Source of the DNA: an uncultured Actinomycetes bacterium
GTDB lineage: Bacteria > Actinomycetota > Thermoleophilia > Gaiellales > JAICJC01
DNA length: 64,000 nt
Direction of reading: 5' to 3'
Assembly: GCA_963695025.1 (NCBI GenBank)
Contig: CAVOFQ010000003.1
Span: 1,680,336 to 1,744,335 of the forward strand
Shown here: piece by piece, positions 32,873-42,919 of the stretch
Numbering within the stretch: the first letter of the stretch is position 1
Layout: each line of letters starts with the position of its first letter
Notes under the pieces: model-generated
Told to the model about the DNA's origin: nothing
The model's input: the letters and a program-made list of their open reading frames with translations, nothing else
The model's database searches: none
Position numbers and translations under genes: made by a program

Positions 32873-33457
32873 CTAGTGCTTGGCGATCACGCGGTCGATG
32901 ATCCCATAGTCCTTTGCTTCGTCGGCGCTCATGAAGAAGTCCCGCTCCGTGTCCCTTGCGACCTTCTCGATCGGCTGGCCGGTCTCGTCCGCGATGATCT
33001 GGTCAAGCCGTTTGCGCAGGTCGATGATTTCACGCGCATGTATCTCGATATCGGTCGCCTGGCCCTGAAATCCAGAGCTGACCTGGTGAATCAGGATCTT
33101 TGCGTTCGGAAGCGCCATGCGCTTGCCCTTGGTGCCGCCGGCCAGAAGCAGGGCGCCCATGCTCATGGCGATGCCCACGCAGATCGTCTGCACGTCGGGC
33201 TTCACGAAGTTCATGGTGTCGTAGATCGCGAGGCCGGCATAGACGCTGCCGCCCGGAGAGTTCACGTAGATCGAGATGTCCTTGTCGGGATCCTCGCTCT
33301 CGAGATGCAGCAGCTGAGCCACGATCAGGTTGGCGATCTGGTCGTCGACGGGCGTACCCAGGAAGATGATGCGCTCGTTGAGCAGGCGCGAGTAGATGTC
33401 GAAGGACCGCTCGCCCCGCGACGTCTGCTCAATCACCATCGGAATCAGTGGACTCAC
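32873..33457 (-). CDS. clpP: ATP-dependent Clp protease proteolytic subunit
   Basis: Track ORF 32873..33604. I start at GTG 33457 after GAGGAG ([26 protein letters not shown]...). Catalytic context [11 protein letters not shown]. The stop abuts the clpX ATG. Confidence 0.93.
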   Translation of the reverse strand: MSPLIPMVIEQTSRGERSFDIYSRLLNERIIFLGTPVDDQIANLIVAQLLHLESEDPDKDISIYVNSPGGSVYAGLAIYDTMNFVKPDVQTICVGIAMSMGALLLAGGTKGKRMALPNAKILIHQVSSGFQGQATDIEIHAREIIDLRKRLDQIIADETGQPIEKVARDTERDFFMSADEAKDYGIIDRVIAKH

Positions 33458-33479
33458 AGGTGCTCCTCGGGTTGGCCGG

Positions 33480-34874
33480 CTAGCTCGAGCCGGGGGTCCA
33501 GATCGGGGTTGATTTGGCGGTTGCCTGGGCGGTCTCCTTCTCAGGCGTCCATAACTTCTGCTTCGCGTCGGCCTGCTCGGGCGTGATCGCCTTGGCATTC
33601 TCAACGACGATATCGAGCGCTTTTTGGGCGGAGAGGTCCTGCCGCAGCGCGGTCAGGGTGGCCGGATCGGCGAGCAGCCGCTCGACGGCCGCGTCGGCGT
33701 CCTCGCCGGCCTCGGCCGCCTGCTCCCGCACCCACGCCGCGATCATCTCGTCGCTCACCTCGATGCCCTCGGCGGCCACGACGGCCTCGAGCGCGAGGTC
33801 CTTGCGGACGAGGTCCTCGGCCTGCACGCGCATGTCGGCGACCATCTGCTCGGGCGTCATGCCGGTCACCTGCAGGTAGTCGGCCAGGGCGATGCCCCGC
33901 GCCTCCAGCGTCGATGCCAGCGAGCGGGTCATGCTCTGGAGCCGGCTCTGCACCAGCGCGTCGGGCACAGGCGTCTTGAGCTCCGCGCCGAGCGCATCGA
34001 GCACCGACCCACGGTACCGCTGCTCGGCCTCGGCGTCGATCACGGCCCGGACGCGCTCGTGGATGTCCGCGCGCAGCTCGCCGAGCGTGTCGAACTCGCT
34101 GACCGACGTTGCGAACTCGTCGTCGAGCTCGGGCAGCACCCGCTCCTTGACGTCCTTCAGCTTGACGTGAAAGCTCACGGGCTTGCCCGCCAGGTGCTCG
34201 GCCGCGTAGTCCTCGGGCATCGAGAACGCGATGTCGCGCTCCTCGCCCGCCTTCATCCCGGCCAGGCCGCGCTCGAGCTCTTCGACCAGCCGGCCGGCAC
34301 CGAGCTCGACCGCGTAGTCGGATCCCGAGCCGCCCTCGAAGGGCTTGCCCTCGGTGCTGCCTGCGAAGTCGATCACCAGGAAGTCGCCCGGCTCGGCCGC
34401 GCGCTCGACGCCGTTCAATTCGGCGACCGTGAGCCGGAGCCGGTCGATCTCGCCGGTGACGGCCTCCTCGGGCACATCGCCCGCCGGCCGCGTCCCCTCG
34501 AGCCCCTTGTAGGACTTCACCTCCGGTGGCGGCTTGACCTCGACCTCGGCGGTGAACGCGAACGGCGCGCCCTCGGCGGGCTCGTCCGTCCAGTCGATGT
34601 TGGGCCGGTCGACCGGGTCGATCCCGGCCGCCGCCACCGCCCGCGAGTACCAGGCGGTGAGGTGGTCGCGCAGCGCTTCCTTGACCACCGTCTCGCGGCC
34701 GACCTGCCGCGCCACGAGCGGCTTGGGCGCCTTGCCGGGACGAAAACCGGGCACGCGGATACTGTGTGACAGGTCGGTCAGGGCGTGATCGAAGGCATGA
34801 TCGACGTCGCCTGCGGGGACCTCGACATCGAGGCGGACACGGTTGTCGGCGAGTTCGGAGACCTGGGTCTTCAT
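33480..34874 (-). CDS. tig: trigger factor
   Basis: 464 aa. [28 protein letters not shown]...[16 protein letters not shown]. Confidence 0.95.
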   Translation of the reverse strand: MKTQVSELADNRVRLDVEVPAGDVDHAFDHALTDLSHSIRVPGFRPGKAPKPLVARQVGRETVVKEALRDHLTAWYSRAVAAAGIDPVDRPNIDWTDEPAEGAPFAFTAEVEVKPPPEVKSYKGLEGTRPAGDVPEEAVTGEIDRLRLTVAELNGVERAAEPGDFLVIDFAGSTEGKPFEGGSGSDYAVELGAGRLVEELERGLAGMKAGEERDIAFSMPEDYAAEHLAGKPVSFHVKLKDVKERVLPELDDEFATSVSEFDTLGELRADIHERVRAVIDAEAEQRYRGSVLDALGAELKTPVPDALVQSRLQSMTRSLASTLEARGIALADYLQVTGMTPEQMVADMRVQAEDLVRKDLALEAVVAAEGIEVSDEMIAAWVREQAAEAGEDADAAVERLLADPATLTALRQDLSAQKALDIVVENAKAITPEQADAKQKLWTPEKETAQATAKSTPIWTPGSS

Positions 34875-34937
34875 ACGAAGAGACGCCGTGGGCCTTTCCC
34901 CCGGAGCCGTTCTCTAACCTTAGTCGCGCCGCGCCGG

Positions 34938-34968
34938 GTGTGCCACCGCCGTAACGGTGGGGACACAC
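34938..34968 (-). terminator. hairpin just downstream of the antiporter stop
   Basis: GTGTG-CCACCG-ccgtaa-CGGTGG-gga-CACAC. It lies 8 nt beyond the stop at 34976. No U-tract. Confidence 0.4.
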
Positions 34969-34975
34969 GGCCCGT

Positions 34976-36313
34976 TCAGACCGCTTGACCAGCCGGTTCG
35001 ACCGTCGGCTCCAGGGGTTCGGTGGCCGGCCGCACGAGCAGGCGGTCGCGTGGGATGCGATCGAGCCAGGCACCGGCGGCGAGCGACGTGACGATCGCCA
35101 GAAGCACGAGCACGGCGTAGAACGGCTGGCTGATGATGCCGGCCGCAAAGGCGGTCGAGGCAACCACGATCCCGGGGCCTCCCCGTGCGTTCATCGCGAC
35201 GGCCAGGTTGAGCGACGAGCCACTGGTCTCGCCGGCGACACGCGCGCCGGCGAACACGCTGATCGACTTGATGACGCATGCCGCGAGGAGGAAGCCGATG
35301 AAGAACACGACGCTGAAGCCATGGACGAGGTCGAGCCCGAGGCCGATCATCGCGAAGTAGATCGGGATGAAGAACGCCAGCGCGAAGCTCGTCACGGCCT
35401 GTGTTGCCTCGGATGGCTCGCTCTCGGTGGAGCCGACGACGATCCCGGCCACCAGTGCGCCGAAGAAGGCCTCGATGCCGAGGCCGAGGGCGGCGATGGT
35501 GAGCAGGAGCATGAAGGTGAACTGGTGGCCAATCGGGCTCGCGCGCTGGATCAGGTTGATCTTGAGCCCGCCGATCCACCGGTAGAGCGGTGGGCCGATC
35601 ACGAGGGATACGGCGAGGAAGGCGATGGTCGCAAGCACGTGGTAGGCCATGTCGGCGTTGGAGCCGCCGGCGATGTTGAGCTCGGCCGGCAGGCCGAAGA
35701 GCGAGCCCGCCTGCGCGCCGGCGTAGCCGATCGCGACGGCGAGCACCACATACAGCACGAGATCCTCCAGCACCGCGACGCCCAGAACGACGCGGGCGAA
35801 GGTCGTATCAAGGATGCCGAGGTCGTGCATGATCCGCGAGATCACCGGGATGCTGGTGACCGCCATCGAGATCGCGAACACGAGCAGGAACGACCTGGTG
35901 TTGCCGTTCGGGCCCCACATCCGGTGCAGGTTCGTGAACTGCAGGATGGCGATGCCGGCCAGGAACGGGATCAGCATCCCCGTGACGAAAACGGCGCCCA
36001 CCGTCTTTCGCTCCTCGCGGTGAAACACCCGGCGGATCTCGATGCCGGTGATGAACAGGAGCAGCAGGAGGCCGAGCTGGTTCACGGCGGCAAGCACGGT
36101 CGGCGTGGCTCCCGTCGACGGGAACAGCCAGGACTGTGCTGACGGCGCGAGGTACCCGAACACGGTCAGGCCCAGGAGCAGTCCGCCGACCACCTCGCCG
36201 ATGGCACGCGGCTGCCGGAAGCGCACGAATACCGAGCCCATCCCATGCGCGGCCAGCAGCAGCGCTGCCAGGGCCATCAGGATATGGGCGACGTCCGTCG
36301 TCTGGAGAGACAC
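34976..36313 (-). CDS. cation:proton antiporter (CPA2 / Na_H_exchanger family)
   Basis: Track ORF 34976..36421. I start at GTG 36313 after GAAGGAG (VSLQTTDVAHILMALAALLLAAHGMGSVFVRFRQPRAIGEVVGGLLLG). Polytopic membrane protein. Confidence 0.8.
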   Translation of the reverse strand: MSLQTTDVAHILMALAALLLAAHGMGSVFVRFRQPRAIGEVVGGLLLGLTVFGYLAPSAQSWLFPSTGATPTVLAAVNQLGLLLLLFITGIEIRRVFHREERKTVGAVFVTGMLIPFLAGIAILQFTNLHRMWGPNGNTRSFLLVFAISMAVTSIPVISRIMHDLGILDTTFARVVLGVAVLEDLVLYVVLAVAIGYAGAQAGSLFGLPAELNIAGGSNADMAYHVLATIAFLAVSLVIGPPLYRWIGGLKINLIQRASPIGHQFTFMLLLTIAALGLGIEAFFGALVAGIVVGSTESEPSEATQAVTSFALAFFIPIYFAMIGLGLDLVHGFSVVFFIGFLLAACVIKSISVFAGARVAGETSGSSLNLAVAMNARGGPGIVVASTAFAAGIISQPFYAVLVLLAIVTSLAAGAWLDRIPRDRLLVRPATEPLEPTVEPAGQAV

Positions 36314-36441
36314 CTGCACTCCTTCGCACCTGCGCGCGGGGCCCACACCCCACGTCCACACGATGGTACGGGCATGCGGCCCGGCGGGCAAGCCCCGTTT
36401 CGGGGGGTGGCTCCTCGCCAACGGAACGATCCAATAGTTGT

Positions 36442-36447
36442 TAGTAT
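36442..36447 (+). promoter_or_regulatory. -10-like TAGTAT placed for a leaderless arsR-family transcript
   Basis: Locally AT-rich CCAATAGTTGTTAGTATGTACCC. TAGTAT is followed by 6 nt and then GTG 36454. Confidence 0.4.
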
Positions 36448-36453
36448 GTACCC

Positions 36454-36801
36454 GTGGCCGGCCAGCTGCTGCATCTCAGCGAACCCGAGGGACAGCGCCT
36501 CCGTGCGGGCAGGCCGGCGGCGGCGGACGCCGAACGGGTGGCGGCCGCCTACGCGGCGCTGGCCGACCCCACCCGGCTCTCGCTCGCCCTGTCGCTCCGC
36601 GGCGACCACGAGCTGTGCGTGTGCGACCTGGCCTGGATCAGCGAGCGCTCCCAGACGCTTGTCTCGCACCACATGAAACAGCTGCGCCAGCAGGGGCTGG
36701 TGAGCGCCCGGAAGCAGGGCAAGATGACCATGTACCGTCTCACCGAGCGCGGCGCGGTGCTGCTCGACGCCGCTGTCTGCGAGCTGGGCTCGGGGCGATG
36801 A
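36454..36801 (+). CDS. ArsR/SmtB family metalloregulator
   Basis: 115 aa. LADPTRLSLALSLRGDHELCVCDLAWISERSQTLVSHHMKQLRQQGLV contains the wHTH and an ELCVCDL metal-site motif. Confidence 0.88.
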   Translation: MAGQLLHLSEPEGQRLRAGRPAAADAERVAAAYAALADPTRLSLALSLRGDHELCVCDLAWISERSQTLVSHHMKQLRQQGLVSARKQGKMTMYRLTERGAVLLDAAVCELGSGR

Positions 36802-38054
36802 GCGACGTCATCTCGCAGGTGGGGATTGCGCTCAAGGACGCATTCCTGATGGCATGGGAGGTGTGGTGGGCGCTGGTGCTGGGCTTCTTCATCTCGGCGG
36901 TCGTCCAGGCATGGGTGCCCCGCGAACGGATCGAGGCCAGGCTCGCCGGCGGCGGTCCCCGGCCGCTGGCATGGGCGACGGGGCTCGGCGCGGCCTCGTC
37001 GTCTTGCTCGTATGCGGCCATCGCGATCGCAAAGAGCCTGTTCCAGAAGGGGGCGTCTGCGTCGGCGGCGATCGCCTTTCAGTTCGCGTCCACCAACCTG
37101 GTGTGGGAGCTCGGCCTGGTGCTGTGGGTGCTGATCGGCTGGCAGTTCACCCTCGCCGAGTACCTCGGCGGCCTGGTCATGATCGTCCTGATGGGGCTCC
37201 TCGTTCGGGTTTTCATCCCCCCCGGGCTCGAGGAGGCGGCCCGCGAGCACGCGCGACAGGCCGGCAGCGGCCATCAGCACCACACGGCCGGCGAGCAGCT
37301 GCGGTGGCGCGAGCGGCTCACCTCGGTGTCCGCGTGGTCGGATGTCGCCCACAACTTCCGCGGCGACTGGCAGATGCTCTACCGCGAGATCGCAGGCGGG
37401 TTCGTCCTGGCCGGGGTCATCGGCCTGCTCGGAAACTCGGCCTTCAACACCCTCTTCGTGCACGACGCCCCCGAGCCGCTGCCCACGATCGAAAACGTGA
37501 TCGTCGGGCCGCTGATCGCCGTGCTCAGCTTCGTGTGCTCGGTCGGAAACGTGCCCCTGGCGGCGGTGCTCTGGTCGGGTGGGATCAGCTTCGCCGGCGT
37601 GCTCGCGTTCATCTTCGCCGACCTCATCGTGCTTCCGATCATCGCGATCTACCGCAAGTACTACGGCTGGCAGTTCACGATCCGGCTGACCGCGCTCATG
37701 TTCGTCACCATGGCCGCGGCCGCGCTTCTGATCGACGGGCTGTTCAGCCTGCTCGGCCTCGTTCCCACCGCCCGCCCGACGCGAGCGGACATCTTCCAGA
37801 CCATCCAGCTGGACTACAAGCTCGTCCTCAACGCGATCGCGCTCCTCCTGTTCGCCGCCCTGTTCGGGCTGACAATGCGTCGCGGGGCCACCGACCCCGT
37901 CTGCCACATGACGGTCGACCGCGCCAAGGCCAAGCGCCTCACCCTCGACGGTGCCACCCACTACTTCTGCTCCGACTCCTGCCTGCAGACGTTCGAGGCC
38001 GCTCATGCGGGCGAGAGGACTCGAACCTCCACGGCCAAGGCCACCGGCTCCTAA
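36798..38054 (+). CDS. PF03773-type permease fused to a C-terminal YHS/TRASH metal-binding domain
   Basis: Internal ATG 36798 of track ORF 36438..38054 (ATGA overlap with the arsR stop). Motifs AASSSCSYAAIAIA and SFVCSVGNVPLAAVLW. C-terminus DPVCHMTVDRAKAKRLTLDGATHYFCSDSCLQTFE. The last approx. 50 nt overlap tRNA-Leu on the other strand. Confidence 0.75.
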   Translation: MSDVISQVGIALKDAFLMAWEVWWALVLGFFISAVVQAWVPRERIEARLAGGGPRPLAWATGLGAASSSCSYAAIAIAKSLFQKGASASAAIAFQFASTNLVWELGLVLWVLIGWQFTLAEYLGGLVMIVLMGLLVRVFIPPGLEEAAREHARQAGSGHQHHTAGEQLRWRERLTSVSAWSDVAHNFRGDWQMLYREIAGGFVLAGVIGLLGNSAFNTLFVHDAPEPLPTIENVIVGPLIAVLSFVCSVGNVPLAAVLWSGGISFAGVLAFIFADLIVLPIIAIYRKYYGWQFTIRLTALMFVTMAAAALLIDGLFSLLGLVPTARPTRADIFQTIQLDYKLVLNAIALLLFAALFGLTMRRGATDPVCHMTVDRAKAKRLTLDGATHYFCSDSCLQTFEAAHAGERTRTSTAKATGS

Positions 38055-38086
38055 GGCCGGCGCGTCTACCAGTTCCGCCACACCCG
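38005..38086 (-). tRNA. tRNA-Leu (anticodon TAG)
   Basis: Reverse complement GCGGGTGTGGCGGAACTGGTAGACGCGCCGGCCTTAGGAGCCGGTGGCCTTGGCCGTGGAGGTTCGAGTCCTCTCGCCCGCA. 7-bp acceptor stem, long variable arm, anticodon loop CTTAGGA. Confidence 0.88.
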
Positions 38087-38114
38087 CGCGTGGGCGAAGT
38101 ATCCTACGACCACG

Positions 38115-38189
38115 CGGTGGCCGTAGCTCAGCTGGTGGTAGCCCCTGGTTGTGGTCCAGGAGGTCGTGGGTTCAAGTCCCACCGGTCAC
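38115..38189 (+). tRNA. tRNA-His (anticodon GTG) with encoded G-1
   Basis: GGTGGCCGTAGCTCAGCTGGTGGTAGCCCCTGGTTGTGGTCCAGGAGGTCGTGGGTTCAAGTCCCACCGGTCACC-C. Anticodon loop TTGTGGT. The extra 5' G pairs with C73. Confidence 0.88.
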
Positions 38190-38199
38190 CCTTTTCACT

Positions 38200-38273
38200 T
38201 GCGCCCGTAGCTCAGGGGATAGAGCAGCAGACTTCGAATCTGCCGGTCGTCCGTTCGAATCGGACCGGGCGCG
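38200..38273 (+). tRNA. tRNA-Arg (anticodon TCG); integration target of the downstream element
   Basis: GCGCCCGTAGCTCAGGGGATAGAGCAGCAGACTTCGAATCTGCCGGTCGTCCGTTCGAATCGGACCGGGCGCG. Anticodon loop CTTCGAA. Confidence 0.9.
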
Positions 38274-38276
38274 TCG
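38230..38276 (+). repeat. attL-type direct repeat (3' part of tRNA-Arg plus 3 nt)
   Basis: 47 nt, GACTTCGAATCTGCCGGTCGTCCGTTCGAATCGGACCGGGCGCGTCG, identical to 46742..46788. Weaker similarity continues for about 20 nt (AACCnGGCGGTTTnCGG). Confidence 0.9.
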
Positions 38277-38374
38277 GTCAACCAGGCGGTTTACGGGCGG
38301 TTCGCCGCGGGGCGATCAGGCAGGGTGGGAACAGAAGTGGGAACACCGCGATCGAAGGAAGAGCCCTAAGCACC

Positions 38375-38722
38375 GTGAGCGCCGGCCCGAGCAGAACCCA
38401 ACTCGCGGCCGCCGTGGCCCAGGCTGCGGAAGCGACGGCTCGCGCGCTCGTGCCGACGATCATCGTGTCCGACCAGGGCCACGGCGTCGAGACGGCGGGT
38501 GTCATCCGGCCCTCGCCGTTCCTGACGCCCGTCGACGGTCCCGATAGGGACGAGATCCTTCGACGCCTGGCGATCGTCGCCACGCTGACCAGCCTGCCTG
38601 TCTGGGCGACCTATCTCGAACAGTTATATGCCGCGTTGGTGCCAAGCGTTGGCCCGGATCTGGCCGTCATCGCCTGCGTCACCGTCTTGGGGTACATCTT
38701 GGCATACGTGTTCCGGCGCTAA
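38375..38722 (+). CDS. hypothetical protein with C-terminal TM helix
   Basis: Tail of artefactual track ORF 36854..38722, starting from GTG 38375. ...LAVIACVTVLGYILAYVFRR. G/C-rich third positions. No family recognised. Confidence 0.35.
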   Translation: MSAGPSRTQLAAAVAQAAEATARALVPTIIVSDQGHGVETAGVIRPSPFLTPVDGPDRDEILRRLAIVATLTSLPVWATYLEQLYAALVPSVGPDLAVIACVTVLGYILAYVFRR

Positions 38723-38961
38723 CCGAGCGTAGGCGGTTTACGACCCGTCGCGGGCGCCGTATTCGCCACGGAATGCCGTGGCCGTGTGGTCTCGGTGTGG
38801 TTTTGCCGATCTGCCGCCACGCGTACCGCCTCGCGTGGCGGCAGGTCGGCGAGTTCGGGGAACTCGGGCAGCGCCCGGATGCGCTCCGCCGCGGCCGCGG
38901 CCGCCTTGACCGCCTGCTCCCACGCAGCTACGGCGCGCTCGTCAACGTCCGGCCCCGCCAT
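38719..38961 (-). CDS. hypothetical protein
   Basis: 80-aa track ORF convergent with the previous one. Codon bias is compatible with coding. No family recognised. Confidence 0.3.
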   Translation of the reverse strand: MAGPDVDERAVAAWEQAVKAAAAAAERIRALPEFPELADLPPREAVRVAADRQNHTETTRPRHSVANTAPATGRKPPTLG

Positions 38962-39092
38962 CCGCGCGGCCGCCCGCTCGATGTCGCCGTCCGGCGCCTA
39001 TCCTCCCAGTCGAAGTGGACGCAGCCCCCTTCGCCGCCGAGCAGCAGGTCCCTGCTTTCTGAGCGTTTCCTAGGCCGCTAGGCTAAGTCCGG

Positions 39093-40058
39093 ATGCTGGT
39101 CTCGCGAAGCAATAGTGGGGCTGCGGCGCTCGAGCCGGTCGATGGTGCTGAAGTCACGCTGGTGGTGGATAACTTCGTCGATCTGTTGATGGCCGGCGTC
39201 GAGGGTGTGCAGCGGTATCTCGCCCGCGATTTCGGTGACCGCGAGCAACTGATCGCCGAGCATGGGTTCGCAGCGCTGCTCACGGTCGATCGCAGCGGCA
39301 AACGAAGCTCGCTTCTCTACGACGCCGGCATGACCCCGGCCGCACTGGGGCGGAACCTGGACGTGCTCGGAGTGGCGGTCAAGAACCTGCGCGCGATCGT
39401 CATCTCCCACGGCCACGCTGATCACCACGGCGGCCTGGAGGGCCTATTCCGACGGTATGGCCGCTGCAGCCTGCCGCTCGTGATCCATCCCGATGCGTGG
39501 CGCGAGCGGAAGCTCGTCTTCCCGACCGGAGCGGAGCTCCGCCTACCGCCCCCCAGCCGAGCCGATCTTGAGCGCGAGGGCCTCGAGCTGGTAGAGGAGC
39601 GGGGGCAAACGCTGCTGCTCGACGCCGCCGTCCTCGTGTCGGGGCAGGTCGAACGGTCGACGCCATTCGAGCAAGGCTTTCCGATTCATTACGCACGCGC
39701 CGGCGGCGACTGGAAACCTGACCCGGTCATTGTCGACGACCAGAACGTGATCGTGAAGGTCAAGGGGAAGGGCCTAGTGATCGTCTCCGGCTGCTCCCAC
39801 GCGGGGGCGGTGAACGTGCTGCGAAACGCGCAGCGCCTCACCGGCGAGCAGCGGATAGCGGGCTTCATCGGCGGTTTCCACCTCACCGGCGGGCTGTTCG
39901 AGCCGATCATTGAGCCGACGGTCGAGGCGTTCTCGCTCGCGCAGGTCGGCCGTGTGCTGCCCGCCCACTGCACCGGCTGGAAGGCAGTCCACACCCTCGC
40001 CCGAGCGATGCCGGCCGCCTTCGTCCAGCCAGCCGTTGGAACCACTGTCAGCTTCTGA
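39093..40058 (+). CDS. MBL-fold metallo-hydrolase
   Basis: 321 aa. IVISHGHADHHGGLEGLF is the HxHxDH motif. ...VIVSGCSHAGAVNVL. Confidence 0.8.
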   Translation: MLVSRSNSGAAALEPVDGAEVTLVVDNFVDLLMAGVEGVQRYLARDFGDREQLIAEHGFAALLTVDRSGKRSSLLYDAGMTPAALGRNLDVLGVAVKNLRAIVISHGHADHHGGLEGLFRRYGRCSLPLVIHPDAWRERKLVFPTGAELRLPPPSRADLEREGLELVEERGQTLLLDAAVLVSGQVERSTPFEQGFPIHYARAGGDWKPDPVIVDDQNVIVKVKGKGLVIVSGCSHAGAVNVLRNAQRLTGEQRIAGFIGGFHLTGGLFEPIIEPTVEAFSLAQVGRVLPAHCTGWKAVHTLARAMPAAFVQPAVGTTVSF

Positions 40059-40506
40059 GGCCCCGTACAGTGCGCTGCTGCCCGCATCGCTTCGCACCTC
40101 GACGGCGAATGCGAGTGGCTCGTCACCAACGGCGTCCTTCCCACCGATTTGGTCACGCGCAACCGCCGGATTGCCGAGGCTGCGCTCCGGCCGTGGACAC
40201 CGGTGTTCACGCACGGCGACCTGCAGATCACCCACGTGTTCGTCGACGGTGACCAGGTTACCGGCGTGATCGACTGGTCCGAGGCAGGCCGGGGCGATGC
40301 CCTGTACGACCTCGCCACCTTGCCGCTCGGACACGAAGAGCACCTAGGGAACGTCGTCGCCGGCTACGGCACTGAAGTCGACCTCGGCGTGATCCGCGCG
40401 TGGTGGTCGTTTGCGAAGCCTGCAGGCGGCCCGCTGGCTGATCGAGCACGGCTTCGACCCCTCCTCGCCAGGCTGCGAGTTCGCCGTCCTGAGATCCCAG
40501 CTGTGA
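40059..40506 (+). pseudogene. C-terminal fragment of an APH/choline-kinase-fold phosphotransferase, also frameshifted
   Basis: Only the catalytic half is present (…PVFTHGDLQITHVFVDGDQVTGVIDWSEAGRGDALYDLATL). There is no N-terminal ATP-binding lobe and it starts right after the MBL stop. Near 40410 the frame shifts to ...LRSLQAARWLIEHGFDPSSPGCEFAVLRSQL*. Confidence 0.65.
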
Positions 40507-40720
40507 GGCCGCCAAGCTCAGGCTCGAGCGGTTCCTGCGCGCTCGTGGCTACGAGTCGGCGGCTGATCGCGTGGCGTGAGTAGTGGGGGTCGGTGGTGTC
40601 GGGCACGACCCCTGGTGACTGCCGACCCCTGGGCGAGGGTACGTCGCGCCGATTGAGGGCGACTGCGCTCCCGTGTTCGGCGGGCTGCTGGGCTGCTTCC
40701 GTATACGGTAGGGTCGCGAC

Positions 40721-42143
40721 ATGGTGGCCGATCTGCTGCAGCGAAGCGCCAGCGACCAGGCCGCGATGGTGCGGGCGGGTGAGGTCCGGGCCCGCGAGTT
40801 GGTCGAAGCGGCGCTGGGCGCGATCGAGCGCCGGAACCCCGGTCTGAACGCGTTTGTGACGGTGTGTGGCGAACGGGCGCTGGCAGAGGCTGACACGGTG
40901 GGGGCGGGCGATCCGCGTCCGCTGTGCGGGGTACCGGTCGGGATCAAGGATCTGCTGTCGGCCACCGAAGGAGTACCGACCACCGAGGGCAGCCTCGGCT
41001 TCCCGGATTGGGTCGCCGCCCACGACTCGGCGCACGTGCGGCGGCTGCGTGAGGCCGGGGCGATCATTGTCGGCAAGACCAATACCCCGGAGCTGGGGTT
41101 GCGGCCAGTGACCGAGAATCGCCGCTTCGGCGCGACCCGGAACCCGTGGAACACCGAGCTGTCGGCCGGAGGCTCGTCGGGCGGGAGCGCTGCGGCGGTG
41201 GCGTCGGGGATGGTGGCACTGGCCGACGGCAGCGACCTCGGCGGGTCGATCCGGATCCCGGCGTCGTGTTGTGGGCTGGTCGGGCTCAAGCCGAGCCTGG
41301 GACGGGTGTCGATGGCGCCCGACTACGGCGATGTGGCGGCCGGCATGCCTGCCGACGGCGTGCTCACCCGGACGGTCATGGATACCGCCGTTGCACTCGA
41401 TGCGATCGCCGGCTACGAGTTCGGTGACCGGCACCGGGCGTGGACGCCTCGACAATCGTTTGTGGAGCTGGCAAGGGCCGACCCGGGCCGGCTTCGGGTG
41501 CGGGTGTGCGTGCGCGCACCACACGGCATCGAGGTCGACCCTGAGCCGGCGGCGGCGGCACGCGCGGCGGGCGAACTGCTGGCGTCGCTCGGCCACGAGG
41601 TCGAGGAGGTCGACTTCGGTTGGGAGGATGAGGCGTTCCCGTCCGCGTGGGGCACGTTCATGACCGGAACCGGACAACACCTGATCCGGATCGTCGAGCG
41701 CCTGCACGGGGGACGCGTCGACCCCGACCAACTGGAGCCGGCGACACGAGCCTGGCTGGTCGATTCCCTGCCGGTGCCACTGGTCGACTACCTGGAGGCC
41801 GGCGAGCAGCTGTTCCGATTCAGCCGGAAAGTGATCGACCAATGGCGTGGTGACCACGGTGCTGGTGACTCCGACACTCACGCGGCTGCCGGCGCCGGTC
41901 GGCGGCATCAGGTCGGCGGCCGGCGTGACCGACGACGCCAGCCGCTTCAGCGCCCTGGTGCGGATCTGGAACGTCACCGGCCAACCAGCGATCAGCCTTC
42001 CGCTCGCCCGCACCGACGACGGCCTCCCGATCGGCGTCCAACTGGTCGCCGCGCCCGATCGCGACGACGTGCTGATCAGTCTCGCAGCCCAACTCGAGGC
42101 AGCCGTCGGCTGGCCGGTCGTTGCCACAACGGAACACCCCTAA
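40721..42143 (+). pseudogene. amidase-signature family amidase, frameshifted near 41846
   Basis: Track ORF 40721..42241 carries GVPVGIKDL...GGSSGGSAAAVASGMVALADGSDLGGSIRIPASCCG. After ...VIDQW the sense continues in track ORF 41847..42143 (VVTTVLVTPTLTRLPAPVGG...GQPAISLPLARTDDGLPIGVQLVAAP). Confidence 0.75.
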
Positions 42144-42174
42144 CGTCGCGACGCCCTCCCGGAAAGGAGAAGCC

Positions 42175-42454
42175 ATGTACCTCGGCATCTACGAGATTGA
42201 CGGTGACCCAAACGAGCTGCTCGCCGCCTACGATCGGTTGATCGCGATGATGCCCGAGGGCCAGGTTGTGTTTCACGCCTTGCGCCATCCGTGAGAACGG
42301 CATGACCATCTACGACGCCTGCCCAACTAAGGAGGTGTTCGAGCAGTTCTCGACCTCCCCGGAGTTTCGAGGCGCAACCGAGGCTGCAGGCCTCCCCTGG
42401 CCCAGCCGGATCGAGGGACTGCAGCTTCACGCCGTACGCGCCAAAGGTGTCTAA
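42175..42454 (+). pseudogene. small (approx. 92 aa) protein, frameshifted near 42280
   Basis: ATG 42175 after GGAAAGGAGAAG: MYLGIYEIDGDPNELLAAYDRLIAMMPEGQVVFHA, then a stop. The +1 frame (track ORF 42266..42454) continues CAIRENGMTIYDACPTKEVFEQFSTSPEFRGATEAAGLPWPSRIEGLQLHAV. An extra T at 42280/42281 explains the shift. Confidence 0.6.
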
Positions 42455-42919
42455 GAGGCCTGGTTCGCCGTTCGCGAGTTTGGCGCACCCGCTCGGCATG
42501 TAGCGCGGCTCAGACGGACCCCTTGCCGCGCCATCGTGGCCGGGGGTAGATTCGGGACTGGCCCGCCGGGCGCGGCTTTCCGATTCGGGCCCGGCTCGTG
42601 GTGTGGTTTGTGAGCCGTTGCAGGCATGGCCGCTCCTCGTACCGCTGGCGCCGAGGTGCGCGAGCTCGTCGGCGTGCTCACTGCTTCGGGTGCAGGACCA
42701 GGTCGCGCAGTCGCGGGTCGAGCAGTTCCTGCGTGGCCGGGGGAACACACCCCGGCGCGAAGCTGTCGCCCTCGACGGCGGCAAGAGTGTGGTGGGCAGC
42801 CAAGCGGGGGGAGGCGGGGGTCACTCTGGTGGGGGGTCTTGCGCGCTGTGGCGCAGGGTATGGCCGCCCGTGGGGTCTTGTTAGGTGACAGGAATCCTCG
42901 GCTCCAGGAGCGCCCGTCG

